From UHGV virus genome UHGV-0199333: a DNA stretch of 16,081 nucleotides; one strand, 5' to 3'. The notes beneath the pieces are model-generated. The model did no database searches. It was not told the DNA's origin and saw only the letters and a program-made list of their open reading frames with translations. A program made the translations under genes and the position numbers. This DNA comes from a virus. Position 1 is the first letter of the stretch, and each line of letters starts with the position of its first letter. Positions 1-8,945 of this stretch are shown here, in pieces.

Positions 1-41
1 AACCTAGCACCAACGCACTGCAATCTCATAGAAACAAATGA

Positions 42-67
42 AATAGTGCCCTGATAAAATAGGGCGC
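42..67 (-). terminator. Possible hairpin terminator downstream of gene S (imperfect inverted repeat agtgccct / agggcgct)
   Basis: Imperfect inverted repeat with 8-nt loop just after the S stop codon; on the minus strand it is followed by a moderately T-rich stretch. In P2 the O-operon ends after S and a separate V-operon promoter follows. Confidence 0.25.
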
Positions 68-78
68 TATTAAATCAA

Positions 79-531
79 CTAATTATAGCTAAGATAATCA
101 AAGATGAGCTCTTCAATAACCTGCTCGTCCTCCAAGGATAATCCGAGTAACTGGCGTTGCGGATATTGCACATCCTGAGCATGAGGGGTTGGTCGGTCTT
201 TAAGTCCATACTGGTGAATTCGCGCAATGCGCTGCACCTTGCCGGTGAATTCCACCACGGCGGCATCAATACGGCCACTTGCTTTCATGTAGCGACTGGT
301 TCGCAATTTCTGGAACATCGACCTTTTGATTCTCCCCGATTTTGCCCTGAGCGGCTGGCGCTTACGAGCCTGATACGGCGTGCCATCAGGTGCTTTTTGC
401 TGTTTGATGCGTTGCTGTTGCGATCTGCGCAGTTGCTTCGCTATCTCAACAGCGAGCTTACGCCGACCCGCCGGTGATATTGCCGCAATCAACCCCGCAA
501 GTTTGTCATCAAAAGGCTTTAATTCATTCAT
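79..531 (-). CDS. S: Phage tail completion / virion morphogenesis protein (P2 gpS-like)
   Basis: 150-aa ORF, same length as P2 gpS; basic Arg/Lys/Gln-rich centre; sits immediately downstream of the R-like ORF as in P2; start overlaps R stop. Confidence 0.75.
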   Translation of the reverse strand: MNELKPFDDKLAGLIAAISPAGRRKLAVEIAKQLRRSQQQRIKQQKAPDGTPYQARKRQPLRAKSGRIKRSMFQKLRTSRYMKASGRIDAAVVEFTGKVQRIARIHQYGLKDRPTPHAQDVQYPQRQLLGLSLEDEQVIEELIFDYLSYN

Positions 532-991
532 CCCATTTGCTCACCAGTTCGCCATTGATATACAGCTCAGTCGGACGTGTCACCGGTTCTGGCAAAGGTG
601 GCTCAGGCGCATAGCTGACGTGTAGCGCGCCGTTTTCATCCCTGACGAGGGTGCGCTCGGTGAGCTGCAGGCTGATACTGATATCCACATTATCCCTGTC
701 GTTTAAATCCATCTGGAATCGATAGCCCTTTTTACGCCCCTCATCCAGCGTGCAGATATCCGGCTGGTTCTCCCGCAACCACGCCGCCACCGGCACGAAA
801 ATCAGGTCAGGGTCGCCGACAAAATCGCAGACGATCACATTCAGGGTGTAAATCTTTTCGTGCGACAGCGAGGCCGCAAGACGTGCATCGATATTCCCCT
901 CATCGGCAAAGATACGCATCATTTCGGGATTGTTTTTTAACTGCGGTACGGCGTCAGTGAGCGCCTGGCGCAGGCTTTTCATTTTCTGCAT
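524..991 (-). CDS. R: Phage tail completion protein (P2 gpR-like)
   Basis: 155-aa ORF, same length as P2 gpR; follows the lysis cassette in P2 order; overlaps S by 8 nt. Confidence 0.75.
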   Translation of the reverse strand: MQKMKSLRQALTDAVPQLKNNPEMMRIFADEGNIDARLAASLSHEKIYTLNVIVCDFVGDPDLIFVPVAAWLRENQPDICTLDEGRKKGYRFQMDLNDRDNVDISISLQLTERTLVRDENGALHVSYAPEPPLPEPVTRPTELYINGELVSKWDE

Positions 992-1244
992 CGATTTTAT
1001 CCTGACAGTCTTTGATGGTTTCGACCTTTATCGCGCAGGCGGTGAGCGCGTGCTCAAGCCTGCGAATATCGGCACTCAGGTCGCCGTTAGTCGTGGGCTC
1101 GCTTCCCGGCATCGGGCAGAGGCTCACCTTCTGGCAGGCGTTGTAAACAATGACTGGCGGAGGCGCAGCCGGTGCGGATGTGCAACCGGCGCACAGCATC
1201 AGGCAAGTCAGCGCTATACCAGCGGCGCAAATCCTCGTTTTCAT
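954..1244 (-). CDS. lysC: Rz1-like outer-membrane lipoprotein spanin (P2 LysC-like), embedded out of frame in lysB and extending into R
   Basis: 96-aa ORF with N-terminal signal and lipobox-like LCAGC, Pro-rich mature part; starts inside the LysB reading frame and overlaps the R start, as in P2 lysC. Confidence 0.55.
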   Translation of the reverse strand: MKTRICAAGIALTCLMLCAGCTSAPAAPPPVIVYNACQKVSLCPMPGSEPTTNGDLSADIRRLEHALTACAIKVETIKDCQDKIDAENEKPAPGAH

Positions 1245-1512
1245 TCAGCAGCCTCGTTATGGTTTGTTCACGTCTTGCCGCCAGCTCTCCGGCGGCGTTC
1301 AGCTCGTCACTGAGCCTGACCTGCGCGGCTTCATTCGTCCTGGCGATGCGCTGCGATACGGCAAACTGATTTTTCAGCATGCCAATCGTCGTCTTTTGCT
1401 CGCTGGCGACCCGGTTCGCTTTTTCGAATGATCGGGATAAATTTGCATTGTCATGACGCAGCCACAGCACCACGGCGAGCAGCCCGGCCAGCAGAATAAT
1501 CAGCACTTTCAT
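1087..1512 (-). CDS. lysB: Rz-like inner-membrane spanin (P2 LysB-like)
   Basis: Start trimmed to the internal Met (MKVLIILLAGLLAVVLW...) whose ATG at 1510-1512 overlaps the endolysin stop as ATGA; single N-terminal TM helix followed by a charged coiled-coil-like region; 141 aa as in P2 LysB. Confidence 0.7.
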   Translation of the reverse strand: MKVLIILLAGLLAVVLWLRHDNANLSRSFEKANRVASEQKTTIGMLKNQFAVSQRIARTNEAAQVRLSDELNAAGELAARREQTITRLLNENEDLRRWYSADLPDAVRRLHIRTGCASASHCLQRLPEGEPLPDAGKRAHD

Positions 1513-2018
1513 TGCATCCCCTTCACGCAGTAAGCCCACTCCCGATCGCGTCGGTTTTCCAGCCCCCGGTTTCGGACACCCTTCACATACACCCAGCGGG
1601 TGAGCTGGTCGCACGCCTGCCACCATTGCTGACGTTTGATATACGAGACCAGCGTCGAACGGCAGGCCGCGCCGGTTCCCACGTTAAAGGCAAAACTGAC
1701 CAGCGTGTCATAGACGCGCGGTGGCATATCCACCGGCACACAGACCGCGAGCCGTTGCTCAACGTTGAGCACATCCGCAACGAGGTTTTCCGCCGCGCGC
1801 TGTTCGGTAATATCCCCTTTCGGGACGACACCGGCAGTGTGACCAATGCCCGACGTCCACACTCCCGCGCTGCACTGGTAAGGCGTCAGGCGACATCCTT
1901 CGAGATCGGCAATCAGCGCCAGCCCCTCAGGCGAGGTGTTAAGCAGACGAAAGTCAGGCACCAGTGCCGCCAGCGCCAGCACAGCGGCCACACTGCAGCG
2001 TTTAATGATTGAGCTCAC
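1509..2018 (-). CDS. K: Phage endolysin (lysozyme, P2 gpK-like) with N-terminal hydrophobic SAR-like segment
   Basis: 169-aa ORF; N-terminal hydrophobic stretch CSVAAVLALAALVP then a lysozyme-like core; follows the holin as in P2. Confidence 0.75.
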   Translation of the reverse strand: MSSIIKRCSVAAVLALAALVPDFRLLNTSPEGLALIADLEGCRLTPYQCSAGVWTSGIGHTAGVVPKGDITEQRAAENLVADVLNVEQRLAVCVPVDMPPRVYDTLVSFAFNVGTGAACRSTLVSYIKRQQWWQACDQLTRWVYVKGVRNRGLENRRDREWAYCVKGMQ

Positions 2019-2223
2019 GTATCGCCCCCTTATCGAGTCCGAGCGATGTCAGATAGCGAAAGGTTTTGCGCTTAAACCAGTAGTTCGTCAGCGCGGTAAA
2101 AATGGCGCAGGCACTCCCCACATACAGCGCCAGCTTTTCAGGGGACATCGCCCCGAAATACGCCAGCCCCACGGCCAGCCAGTAAGCGATAAAGGTCGTG
2201 ATTTTTTCCACACTCAGTCCCAT
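2002..2223 (-). CDS. Y: Holin (P2 gpY-like)
   Basis: 73-aa ORF with two or three hydrophobic helices (FIAYWLAVGLAYFGA, LYVGSACAIFTAL) and a charged C-terminus; directly upstream of the endolysin. Confidence 0.6.
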   Translation of the reverse strand: MGLSVEKITTFIAYWLAVGLAYFGAMSPEKLALYVGSACAIFTALTNYWFKRKTFRYLTSLGLDKGAIRELNH

Positions 2224-2417
2224 AGATTCACCGTTTCGGTTTTCGGGGCGCTGTCGGTTTCGGGTAGTTCAATGGCCGTGCCGTGCGGCACAATAACGCC
2301 CAGCTCTGCCAGCCCCGGGTTCGCCTGCAGCACCGTTTCAACGACGCCCTCAGTGCGCCCGTAATACCGGGCGCAAATCGCATCAAGGGTGTCACCCTGC
2401 ATCGCATAAACCTTCAT
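2214..2417 (-). CDS. X: Tail protein X (LysM-like, P2 gpX-like)
   Basis: Trimmed to internal Met (MKVYAMQGDTLDAICARYYG...), giving 67 aa as in P2 gpX; its ATG overlaps the L stop codon as ATGA; LysM-like GDTLDAI motif. Confidence 0.6.
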   Translation of the reverse strand: MKVYAMQGDTLDAICARYYGRTEGVVETVLQANPGLAELGVIVPHGTAIELPETDSAPKTETVNLWD

Positions 2418-2923
2418 CAGATTTGGCCGACAATGCAGCGCGGCTTGTCCTGAATACGCGCAACAGACCAGCGCATATCCCGCCACAGTTCATCGATAAC
2501 CGCCTCGGTGCTTTCCGCCTTGCGGTCACCTTTCGCCGTCGCATCGATGCCGCGATAGCGTTCAAACAGGGTGGCACTGGTCATGGCGCAGACGGCGCGG
2601 AAATAGTGGAAACAGCGCACGCTTTCACCGTCGATATCATCGGCAGGCACATCCGCCAGCGTCTGATGACCTGCGGCCATCTGGACAACCCGCCACAGGG
2701 CAAGCTCCGCATTGGTTTCGGCCATACCGGCTTTAATCGCATCATTCAGGCGCAGCGGGGAAACGGTCTGCTCCAGACGCATCAGCTCACGCACGCGCTT
2801 CGGATCAACATCAGGAAAAAAGAAGGTATTTTTTATTACCGGCTCGCTCACGCCCGGTGGCGGTATCACCACGCCCGGCACGTCCTGCGGCTCTTTTTTT
2901 GGCTCAATAATCACTGTCGTCAT
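2417..2923 (-). CDS. L: Head completion / stabilisation protein (P2 gpL-like)
   Basis: 168-aa ORF (P2 gpL is 169 aa) in the conserved position between M and X. Confidence 0.75.
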   Translation of the reverse strand: MTTVIIEPKKEPQDVPGVVIPPPGVSEPVIKNTFFFPDVDPKRVRELMRLEQTVSPLRLNDAIKAGMAETNAELALWRVVQMAAGHQTLADVPADDIDGESVRCFHYFRAVCAMTSATLFERYRGIDATAKGDRKAESTEAVIDELWRDMRWSVARIQDKPRCIVGQI

Positions 2924-3022
2924 GACAACCTCGGGTAATGGGTGGGCGGTGGACGCCGGTCGCCGTCAGGGCAATCAATACCCGCATTGACCGGCGTGCC
3001 GCCCGGCTCGGGGAGCGTTCTG

Positions 3023-3778
3023 TTAACCTGCGGCTTTTGCCGCTTTCGGGGGACGCCCGCGCCGTGCCGCTGGTTTAGCGGCAGGTTTGCGCGTGCGCGG
3101 TTTATTCTGTTTTGGTGCGGGTTCTGGTTTGGGTTTCAGCGCACGTTCAAGCTGCTCAATATCCTTTTTCACACCGATAGCCCGCTCTAACTGGATCGCT
3201 CTCTGCAGGTGCGCCTGCGCGTCAGTCAGGTTGCCAGCATCGCGCAGCACATAACCGGTGATTTTGTGCAGCTTCGCGCGCACGATATCGGGCATGTCTG
3301 CACGTTCGGTCAGGGTGATAGTGTCGAGCAGGAGCGACAGCCCGACAGGCTGTTTTGCATCAAGCAGGCGCTGTGCTGACAGGGCGACCTCTTCGGCCAG
3401 TAAATACGGCGTTGTGCGGCGGTGGCCGCCGGTCGGCATGGTCAGGCCATACGTCATCGCGTAACGGGCGATTTCCAGCGCACCGGCGATGTCATCAGCA
3501 TCAAGACGCCAGAGCATGACGGTCATGACAATGTCATCCTGCGCCCCTTTGCCGGAGCTGAGAACACCACCCACCCACGGTAAATAGAACGGCAGCAGCT
3601 CGCGCTTTTTGTCTGCCTTGCGCTCGTTGGAGCGGATTTGTTTTAACGTGCGACAGTCTGCGGCCAGCTTGACGAGCATCTGCTCATAGGCAGTTGCATT
3701 GCGCAGCGGAGCAGCAGCCCGCCGCGCAGTTTCAGAGGCCGAGACCCGCATCATGTGACGCGCTGCGGGACTCGTCAT
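3023..3778 (-). CDS. M: Terminase endonuclease (small) subunit (P2 gpM-like)
   Basis: 251-aa ORF with a lysine/proline-rich basic C-terminal tail; conserved position after the capsid gene; size matches P2 gpM (~247 aa). Confidence 0.75.
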   Translation of the reverse strand: MTSPAARHMMRVSASETARRAAAPLRNATAYEQMLVKLAADCRTLKQIRSNERKADKKRELLPFYLPWVGGVLSSGKGAQDDIVMTVMLWRLDADDIAGALEIARYAMTYGLTMPTGGHRRTTPYLLAEEVALSAQRLLDAKQPVGLSLLLDTITLTERADMPDIVRAKLHKITGYVLRDAGNLTDAQAHLQRAIQLERAIGVKKDIEQLERALKPKPEPAPKQNKPRTRKPAAKPAARRGRPPKAAKAAG

Positions 3779-3781
3779 GGC

Positions 3782-4849
3782 TTACTCCCCACTTTCCGGT
3801 GCGGCAGGTGCTGTGAAGTCCCCTAAATTGATGTTCTCAATCAGGCAACCGGCCGCGTAAGCCTCGATCACATAGTCAATATTCATTGACTCGTAGTTTT
3901 CGATACGGTCTTTTTTCGGCTCTTCAATGATGGCGCGGCGGTGTGCGTCATCCATAAAGTAAATCGACAGGTTATCGAGGCGTGTCACCATCAGGGCATT
4001 CGCCGGGAAATACGGCACGCGCACGGCGGGCAGGTTGCCGATGCGCTTCTGGCTGATGATGATGTCAGCGGCCAGCGTTTCGCTGTTTTCCTGCGCCTTG
4101 TTGACCAGCGGGAAATATTTATCCGCCATCAGCTTACGGCCAGTGATAACGACGAGCTCCGGGTCATCCTGATAAATCTCATCAATCAGGTTGGTGGTCG
4201 CATCCATGACCAGCGCATCGAGGTTTTCATAGTCACCGTTTTTACCCACGCGGATCACATCGGAAATGACCTTGCCGTCATCATCGGTGACTTTGGACAT
4301 CACGCGCGCTGCGGCTTCATTGCGGTACTTTTGCAGCCAGCCCACCGCGACATCCTGCAGCATCGGATTGTTTTTACGGCTGGAGGTCGCCGCACGGGTA
4401 ATACCGTTGAAACCGGCCATGATGAAATCGAGCGACTGGCGCTTGATAATCGCGTCACGGATACGGGTCTGAAAGTCCTGGAATCGCGCCCACAGGTCGA
4501 GCTGTTTGTAACGGATGTGGAAATCAAAGTTGATTTGCGCGCATTCGTATTTATTGGATTCGAGCGCGGTAAAATCAGCGGTCTTACGCTCATCATCAGC
4601 GGCGGTATCGGTAGTGCTCGCAATCGTACCGTTAACGCCCACCCCGACTTTTTCGCCTTTCAGCTCGTCGACCGGCACGATATTCACTTTGGTCAGAAAC
4701 GCGGATGACGCCTGCAGGGTGGTCATCAGGGTTTGCGTCACGGACGGCTTGACGGTGAATTTCTTTGCCACGTCGTCGGTGTCGACGCCGTTCAGGTCCG
4801 CCACGCGGGACAGGTAAGCATTAAATTTAAAGCGGGTATCTTTACGCAT
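3782..4849 (-). CDS. N: Major capsid protein (P2 gpN-like)
   Basis: Start trimmed to the Met at 4847-4849 (MRKDTRFKFN...), preceded by AGGA-containing RBS (minus-strand caggaataac); about 355 aa vs 357 in P2 gpN. Confidence 0.8.
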   Translation of the reverse strand: MRKDTRFKFNAYLSRVADLNGVDTDDVAKKFTVKPSVTQTLMTTLQASSAFLTKVNIVPVDELKGEKVGVGVNGTIASTTDTAADDERKTADFTALESNKYECAQINFDFHIRYKQLDLWARFQDFQTRIRDAIIKRQSLDFIMAGFNGITRAATSSRKNNPMLQDVAVGWLQKYRNEAAARVMSKVTDDDGKVISDVIRVGKNGDYENLDALVMDATTNLIDEIYQDDPELVVITGRKLMADKYFPLVNKAQENSETLAADIIISQKRIGNLPAVRVPYFPANALMVTRLDNLSIYFMDDAHRRAIIEEPKKDRIENYESMNIDYVIEAYAAGCLIENINLGDFTAPAAPESGE

Positions 4850-4909
4850 TGTTATTCCTGTTTCTCTAAATAGGGGCATCAGGCCGGGTGACGCGCACCC
4901 GGCGGGTTA

Positions 4910-5764
4910 TCAGCAGTTGGTCAGCAGCTCGTCGCCCGTTCCGCCTTTCGACTTCTCACGGCGCGGCTGGCGATGGCTTTCGGTGTTATCGAGGGAGTTT
5001 TTCAGGGCGTTAAACGCCTGCGCGTTTTCTTCGGTCTGGCGGGTCACATCCTGCTTAAACTGCGCAAACGCGGTTTCGAGTTCGGTTACACGTTTTTCGC
5101 TATTGCTCAGGCTGGTCTGCACCTGCTCAGTGACAGTAGTGACCGCCTCATGCACATCGGCAAGGCGCGCGTCATCGCTCGCCTGCTTGCGGCTGAAAAT
5201 GGCTTTGACCTTGTCGGTCAGGCTGTTGAGGACTGTGTCGGGGACGTCCTCGAATTCCAGCTCAGCGAGAGAAGCCACCGAGAAGAGATCGCCCGGCTGG
5301 TCTTTTTTACCAGCGAGCGGGTTCTGGCTGGCGCGGCTGCAGAATTCCAGGTATTCGGTGCCGAGGCTTGCCGGGTCATCCGTGACGGCGAGGCCAATCA
5401 GGTAGCATTTGCCGCTGTTGGAGAAATTCGGGCGAATTTCCATCGAGGTGTAAACCTTCTGACCGGCGCGGACCATGCTGACCAGCTCATCGAGCGGGGC
5501 AATTCTGGCAAACAGCGCCTTTTTACCGTTCAGCGCAGAGTCATCGCTGATGACTTCGGCTTTGACGTCGGTCACGTCGCCATACCGTTTAAACGGACTG
5601 TCAGGCCAGAGGCTTTTGATGTGTTCGAGGTTAATGCGGCAACCGTAGACGCGCGGGTCGAAGGAATCCGCCATTTCCTGAATGTCATCACCACTGATGA
5701 CACGGCCATCGCAGGTGTCACCCTCGACGCCGATGCGAAACCATTTAGAAACTTTCTTTGCCAT
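4910..5764 (-). CDS. O: Capsid scaffolding protein (P2 gpO-like)
   Basis: 284-aa ORF, same length as P2 gpO; first gene of the leftward late operon, facing the P gene across a divergent intergenic region. Confidence 0.8.
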   Translation of the reverse strand: MAKKVSKWFRIGVEGDTCDGRVISGDDIQEMADSFDPRVYGCRINLEHIKSLWPDSPFKRYGDVTDVKAEVISDDSALNGKKALFARIAPLDELVSMVRAGQKVYTSMEIRPNFSNSGKCYLIGLAVTDDPASLGTEYLEFCSRASQNPLAGKKDQPGDLFSVASLAELEFEDVPDTVLNSLTDKVKAIFSRKQASDDARLADVHEAVTTVTEQVQTSLSNSEKRVTELETAFAQFKQDVTRQTEENAQAFNALKNSLDNTESHRQPRREKSKGGTGDELLTNC

Positions 5765-5930
5765 TGTTCAGGTGTCCTGATGTTGGGTTTTCGGTTCGGG
5801 GGTAGTTTCCCGACTCCGCCCCGCATCAGCCACCGCTTGCGGAAGTGCAACCCCTGACACAACAGGGGGTTAGCGATAATGCCCGGCTATTTCCTTAGCC
5901 TTGCCCCGTATTCACCAGTACGAGGCAACC
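5765..5930. promoter_or_regulatory. Divergent late-promoter region between scaffold (O) and large terminase (P) operons
   Basis: 166-bp intergenic spacer between divergently transcribed late operons, equivalent to the P2 P_O/P_P late promoters (Ogr-activated in P2); contains a short palindrome cccctg-acacaa-cagggg at 5851-5868. No exact TGT-N12-ACA activator dyad found by eye. Confidence 0.4.
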
Positions 5931-7700
5931 ATGACCATTTCGACTGACCTCTCCCTTTTGCATGACCCGCGACGACAGGCGCGTCTGTTGTTCTGGCAGG
6001 GATTTTCCGTGCCACAAATCGCCAACACGCTGCAGGTCAAGCGCCCGACCGTGCAGAGCTGGAAACAGCGCGACGGGTGGGAGGAAACCGCGCCGCTTAA
6101 CCGCGTGGAAACGACGCTCGAGGCACGCCTGATCCAGCTTTATGCAAAGCCTGACCTGACGCCGCATGACTTCAAGGTCGCTGATTTCCTGTCACGCCAG
6201 ATGGAGCGATTCGCGCGCATCAACCGCTACGGCCAGACCGGAAACGAGGTGGATTTAAACCCCAACATTGCCAGCCGCAACAAGGGCGATCGCCGTAAGC
6301 CAAAACGTAATTTTTTCAGCGATGAGGCTATCGAAAAGCTGGAAGAGATTTTCTTCGATCAGTCCTTTGAGTATCAGCTCAACTGGCACAAGGCCGGTAT
6401 CGCGCACCGTATTCGCCACATCCTCAAATCACGCCAGATTGGCGCGACGTTCTACTTTGCGCGTGAGTCCCTCCTGCGTGCGCTTAAGACCGGGCAAAAC
6501 CAGATATTTTTATCCGCCAGTAAGACGCAGGCTTACGTGTTCCGAAAGTACATCATCGCCTTTGCGCGCATGGTCGACGTCGACCTGTCAGGCGACCCGA
6601 TTGTTATCGGCAACAACGGTGCAGAGCTGATTTTCCTCGGGACAAACTCCAACACCGCGCAGAGCCATAACGGCGACCTGTATGTCGATGAAATCTTCTG
6701 GATCCCCAACTTTCAGCGGCTGCGTAAAGTGGCCTCGGGGATGGCGTCACAATCCCACCTGCGCACCACCTATTTTTCAACCCCTTCGACGCTGGCGCAC
6801 GGCGCGTATCCGTTCTGGTCAGGTGAGCTGTTCAACAGGGGACGCAGCAGCGCGAGTGAGCGTGTCGACATTGACATCAGTCATAAGGCGCTCGCCGGTG
6901 GCGTGCTGTGCCCGGACGGGCAGTGGCGGCAGATCGTCACCATTGAGGATGCCCTCGCCGGTGGCTGCACCCTGTTTAATCTGGATCAACTGAAACAGGA
7001 AAACAGCGCCGACGATTTCCGCAACCTCTTCATGTGCGAATTCGTCGACGATAAAGCGTCGGTATTCCCGTTCGAGGAGCTGCAGCGCTGCATGGTCGAT
7101 GCGATGGAAGAATGGGAGGACTTTGCGCCGTTCTCTGACCGTCCGTTTAACTGGCGTCCGGTCTGGATTGGCTATGACCCGTCGCACACCGGCGACAGCG
7201 CAGGCTGTGCGGTACTGGCTCCGCCACTGGTTGCCGGTGGCAAGTTCCGCATCCTTGAGCGTCACCAGTGGAAAGGGATGGATTTTGCGACGCAGGCCGA
7301 GGCCATCCGCGAGCTGACAGAGAAATATTGCGTCGAGTATATCGGCATCGATGCGACCGGCATCGGCCAGGGTGTTTACCAGCTCGTGCGCTCCTTCTTC
7401 CCGGCAGCGCGCGCCATTCGCTACACGCCGGAAATGAAAACCGCGATGGTGCTGAAAGCGAAAGACACCATCCGACGCGGGTGTCTGGAATATGACGCCG
7501 GAGCAACCGACATCACGCAGTCATTTATGGCGATCCGTAAAACCATGACCAGCAGCGGGCGCAGTGCCACCTATGAAGCCAGCCGCAGCGAGGAAGCCAG
7601 TCACGCGGATATTGCGTGGGCGACCATGCACGCGCTGTTAAACGAGCCGCTTTCCGCCGGTAGCGGCATGCAATCAACCTCAATTCTGGATATTAACTAA
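5931..7700 (+). CDS. P: Terminase large (ATPase) subunit (P2 gpP-like)
   Basis: The ORF-track start at 5901 is a TTG; the first ATG at 5931 is preceded by GAGG RBS and gives 589 aa (P2 gpP 590 aa); followed directly by the portal gene. Confidence 0.8.
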   Translation: MTISTDLSLLHDPRRQARLLFWQGFSVPQIANTLQVKRPTVQSWKQRDGWEETAPLNRVETTLEARLIQLYAKPDLTPHDFKVADFLSRQMERFARINRYGQTGNEVDLNPNIASRNKGDRRKPKRNFFSDEAIEKLEEIFFDQSFEYQLNWHKAGIAHRIRHILKSRQIGATFYFARESLLRALKTGQNQIFLSASKTQAYVFRKYIIAFARMVDVDLSGDPIVIGNNGAELIFLGTNSNTAQSHNGDLYVDEIFWIPNFQRLRKVASGMASQSHLRTTYFSTPSTLAHGAYPFWSGELFNRGRSSASERVDIDISHKALAGGVLCPDGQWRQIVTIEDALAGGCTLFNLDQLKQENSADDFRNLFMCEFVDDKASVFPFEELQRCMVDAMEEWEDFAPFSDRPFNWRPVWIGYDPSHTGDSAGCAVLAPPLVAGGKFRILERHQWKGMDFATQAEAIRELTEKYCVEYIGIDATGIGQGVYQLVRSFFPAARAIRYTPEMKTAMVLKAKDTIRRGCLEYDAGATDITQSFMAIRKTMTSSGRSATYEASRSEEASHADIAWATMHALLNEPLSAGSGMQSTSILDIN

Positions 7701-7701
7701 G

Positions 7702-8718
7702 ATGAAAAAACGACAGAAGAAACCCGCCACAATGACCGCCAGCGCACCGCAAAAAATGGAGGCGTTCACCTTTGGTGAGCCTTCTCCCGTTCTGGATCGC
7801 CGTGACATCCTCGACTACGTAGAGTGTATCAATAACGGGAAATGGTACGAGCCGCCGGTCAATTTCTCGGGACTGGCAAAAAGCCTGCGCGCCGCCGTCC
7901 ATCACAGCTCGCCGATTTACGTGAAACGTAACATTCTGACGAGCACCTATATCCCGCACCCGTTGCTGTCACGTCAGGATTTCAGTCGCCTTGTGCTTGA
8001 TTATCTGGTTTTTGCCAACGGCTATCTTGAGAAGCGCATGAGCGTCACCGGCCAGCTCTTAAAACTGGAAACCTCACCGGCCAAATACACCCGCCGGGGT
8101 GTCGAAGATGGCGTTTACTGGTACGTGTCGAGCTACACCCAGCCGCACCCGTTCGCCCCCGGTTCTGTGTGTCACCTGCTTGAGCCCGATATCAATCAGG
8201 AGCTGTACGGGATGCCGGAATACCTGAGCGCGCTTAATTCCGCCGGGCTGAATGAATCCGCTACCCTGTTTCGCCGCAAGTATTATCAGAATGGCGCACA
8301 TGCGGGGTACATCATGTATGTCACCGACGCGGCACAGAGCAGCACCGATGTTGAATCTCTCCGTAACGCGATGCGCGACTCAAAAGGACTCGGGAATTTC
8401 AAAAACCTGTTTTTCTACGCGCCCAACGGGAAACCGGATGGCATCAAGATTGTGCCGTTGAGTGAAGTCGCCACGAAGGATGATTTTTTCAATATCAAAA
8501 AGGTGAGCGCCGCCGACCTGCTCGATGCGCACCGCGTGCCGTTTCAGTTGATGGGCGGCAAGCCGGAGAATATTGGTTCAATGGGTGACGTTGAGAAGGT
8601 GGCGCGGGTATTTGTGCGTAACGAACTGACGCCGCTGCAGGAGCGTTTCAAAGAGATTAACGACTGGCTCGGAATAGAGGTGATCCGCTTTAAAGATTAC
8701 AGCCTCGAATCAGAATAA
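7702..8718 (+). CDS. Q: Portal protein (P2 gpQ-like)
   Basis: 338-aa ORF (P2 gpQ 344 aa) starting 1 nt after the P stop; last gene before the cos-like site. Exact start uncertain (in-frame Mets at 7702, 7732, 7756). Confidence 0.8.
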   Translation: MKKRQKKPATMTASAPQKMEAFTFGEPSPVLDRRDILDYVECINNGKWYEPPVNFSGLAKSLRAAVHHSSPIYVKRNILTSTYIPHPLLSRQDFSRLVLDYLVFANGYLEKRMSVTGQLLKLETSPAKYTRRGVEDGVYWYVSSYTQPHPFAPGSVCHLLEPDINQELYGMPEYLSALNSAGLNESATLFRRKYYQNGAHAGYIMYVTDAAQSSTDVESLRNAMRDSKGLGNFKNLFFYAPNGKPDGIKIVPLSEVATKDDFFNIKKVSAADLLDAHRVPFQLMGGKPENIGSMGDVEKVARVFVRNELTPLQERFKEINDWLGIEVIRFKDYSLESE

Positions 8719-8726
8719 CCCCCCTC

Positions 8727-8750
8727 AAAATGCCGCCTCCGGGCGGCATT
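8727..8750. other. GC-rich hairpin just after Q (aatgccgcc-tccg-ggcggcatt)
   Basis: 9-bp perfect inverted repeat with 4-nt loop; T-run follows only on the minus-strand reading, so terminator function and strand are ambiguous. Confidence 0.35.
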
Positions 8751-8884
8751 ACCACTGAGCGCCTCAGACGCACCACACGCCATCTAACCACCCGACAAAC
8801 ATCAGCGCCGACCCGCAAAGCGACAGCGCCACCACGACGCGCTCAGGCGCGTAAAAATAAATGCTGTCACCACGTCTGGCGCGC

Positions 8885-8903
8885 AGTGCTATCCCCGCCT
8901 CGC
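8885..8903 (-). other. cos: cos site (cohesive-end sequence) of the P2 family
   Basis: Minus strand reads GGCGAGGCGGGGATAGCAC, which matches the 19-nt P2 cohesive end as I recall it (GGCGAGGCGGGGAAAGCAC) at 18/19 positions; located right after Q as expected. Confidence 0.55.
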
Positions 8904-8945
8904 CTGCCCGCTTTATGGGGCGGTTTTAATGCAGGTGTACGACAT

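Noticed and set aside
1512-2012. 166-aa plus-strand ORF antisense to the endolysin gene
   Set aside because: Antisense shadow of gene K.
2423-2938. 171-aa plus-strand ORF antisense to gene L
   Set aside because: Antisense shadow of the head completion gene.
3941-4708. 255-aa plus-strand ORF antisense to capsid gene N
   Set aside because: Embedded antisense ORF within the major capsid gene; no independent RBS or genomic context.
4973-5857. 294-aa plus-strand ORF antisense to the scaffold gene O
   Set aside because: Shadow ORF fully inside a well-supported P2-like gene on the opposite strand; Arg/Ala-rich composition typical of antisense frames in GC-rich coding DNA.
5845-5870. Ogr-type activator site (TGT-N12-ACA) in the O/P intergenic region
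   Set aside because: Only a short palindrome (cccctg-acacaa-cagggg) is present; no exact TGT-N12-ACA dyad found by eye, so no specific activator site is called.
5901-5930. Extended N-terminus of terminase P starting at 5901
   Set aside because: Position 5901 is TTG with no RBS; the ATG at 5931 has a GAGG RBS and gives a length matching P2 gpP.
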